Below, in pieces: positions 62,529 to 64,000 of a DNA stretch of 64,000 bases. The stretch's first letter is position 1, and every line of letters starts with the position of its first letter. The notes under the pieces were generated by a model. That model was not told the origin of the DNA. It searched no databases and saw only the letters and a program-made list of their open reading frames with translations. The stretch comes from Prorocentrum cordatum (Eukaryota). The position numbers and the translations under genes are program-made. The stretch is taken from assembly GCA_963575745.1 (NCBI GenBank), contig CAUYUJ010000150.1:1-64000 (forward strand), written 5' to 3'.

Positions 62529-63830
62529 TCCCCCCCACCAGTGCACATTGTTTTTTTCAATTGAAGTGCCCCCCCCCAGGGCTCGCACCTTGTTTTTTGT
62601 CCAGGAAAATATTCCTGCTCAAACTTGCCCCCTGGCCCCCGGGTTACAACAACAACGGCTCCCGCTTGAGACTCCCTCACAATTTAGCCAGGACCCCCGC
62701 TCCCGCCCGAGACTTCCTCGCATTTTATTCAAGAATCGCGCTCTCGCTTGGGACCTCCTCACGATTTATTCAGGAATCGCTCCTCCTGCGTTCTGGAGTC
62801 GCGCTCTCGCTGGAGATTTGCTTGCAATTTACTATAAAATAGCGCCCTTGCGTTGGAAATTCTTACAATTTACTCCAGCGCCGCGCTCCCGACACCCAGG
62901 CAACCAGGAGTCGCGCTCACGCTTAGGACTCCTTCACAGATTACCTAGGAATCGGGATCTCGCTGCCCTTCGTGGCCCCGTTGCAGCCCTTCGTGGCCCC
63001 CTCGCTTTGTTTCGTGGCCCCATTGCAGCCCTTCGTGGCCCCCTCGCTTTGTTTCGTGGCCCCGTTGCAGCCCCTCGTGGCCTCCTCGTTGCCCTTCGTG
63101 GCCCTGTTGCAGCCCTTCGTGGCCCCCTCGCTTTGTTTCGTGGCCCCGTCGCAGCCCTTCGTGGCCCCCTCGCTGACCTTCGTGGCCCCGTTGCAGCCCT
63201 TCGTGGCACCGTTGCAGCCCGTCGTGGCCCCTCGCTGCCCTTCGTGGCCCCGTTGCAGCCCTTCGTGGCCCACTCGCTTTGTTTCGTGGCCCCATGTATG
63301 TATGCCCTTCGTGGCCCCCGCTCGTTCGCGCCCGTGGTGGCCCCATATGCATGCCCTTCGTGGCCCCGCTGTCGCCCTTCGTGGCCCCCTCGCTGCCCTT
63401 CGTGTCCCCGTTGCTGCCCTCAGTGGCCCCGTCCATTCCCTTCGTGTCCCCGCTGTTGCCCTTCGTGGCCTACTTCGTGTCCTTCGTGGCTCTGCTGTCG
63501 TTCTCTCTCGCTCTCGCTTTCGCTCGTCGTCGTCGTCGCCGTCGCCGTCGTTGCCGTCGTCGTCGACGTCGTCGTCGTCGTCGTCGTGGTCGGTCCCCTG
63601 TCCGTCCCTCTTGGGGTCGGGTCGACGGTCCGCGGCCGCCCCGCCGATCAGCGCTGCCGCTGGCCACGCCGACGGTCCGCGGCCGCCCCGCCGCTTGCCG
63701 GGGCCCGCTCTGCAGGGAAGAAAGGTATACCCCCCAAGAGGGGTTCGATCGAAGACGAAGAGGGCGGGTATCGAGGGTTTGGGCAATTCGCGTTATTCGA
63801 CACTCGAGCACATAAGGGCGAAGAGTCTTA
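62529..63830 (+). repeat. Paralog of the 50196-51200 element with an expanded 21-bp array, followed by (TTG)n to the window end
   Basis: Colinear shared blocks with 50196-51200. Confidence 0.85.
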
Positions 63831-63888
63831 AACTGGTTGTTGTTGGTGTTGTTGTTGTTGTTGGTGTTGGTGTTGTTGTTGTTGTTGG

Positions 63889-63922
<34 letters not shown>

Positions 63923-63924
63923 AC

Positions 63925-63967
<43 letters not shown>

Positions 63968-64000
63968 ACTGTTGTTGTTGTGGTTGTTTTAGTTGGTGTT

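Overview
GC-rich eukaryotic genomic DNA dominated by trinucleotide microsatellites ((TAG)n, (ATG)n, (TTG)n, (GGA)n), minisatellites and nested mobile elements. A dinoflagellate (Prorocentrum-like) origin is inferred from the repeat landscape, a GC-AG intron and a methyltransferase-carrying LINE. Four main coding units are present. (1) An intronless 725-aa EEP-fold nuclease ORF (212-2389) lies inside a ~3.55-kb element whose 5' hairpin and 3' sub-terminal inverted repeat recur on non-coding, satellite-filled copies. (2) A degenerate minus-strand non-LTR retrotransposon (APE-RT-RNase H) spans ~14.8-20.2 kb. (3) A ~10.3-kb plus-strand non-LTR retrotransposon has ORF1 plus a polyprotein ordered RNase H - APE - RT - Zn finger - C5 cytosine methyltransferase. 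(4) An AsnB-like (Ntn-glutaminase/synthetase) host gene is split into six pieces across 46.6-56.4 kb. Four of its five interruptions are transposon-like inserts with inverted and direct repeats but no canonical splice pair, and removing them precisely restores a stop-free 705-aa ORF. No rRNA, tRNA or CRISPR array was recognised. Most entries in the six-frame ORF track are artefacts of repeats and high GC.
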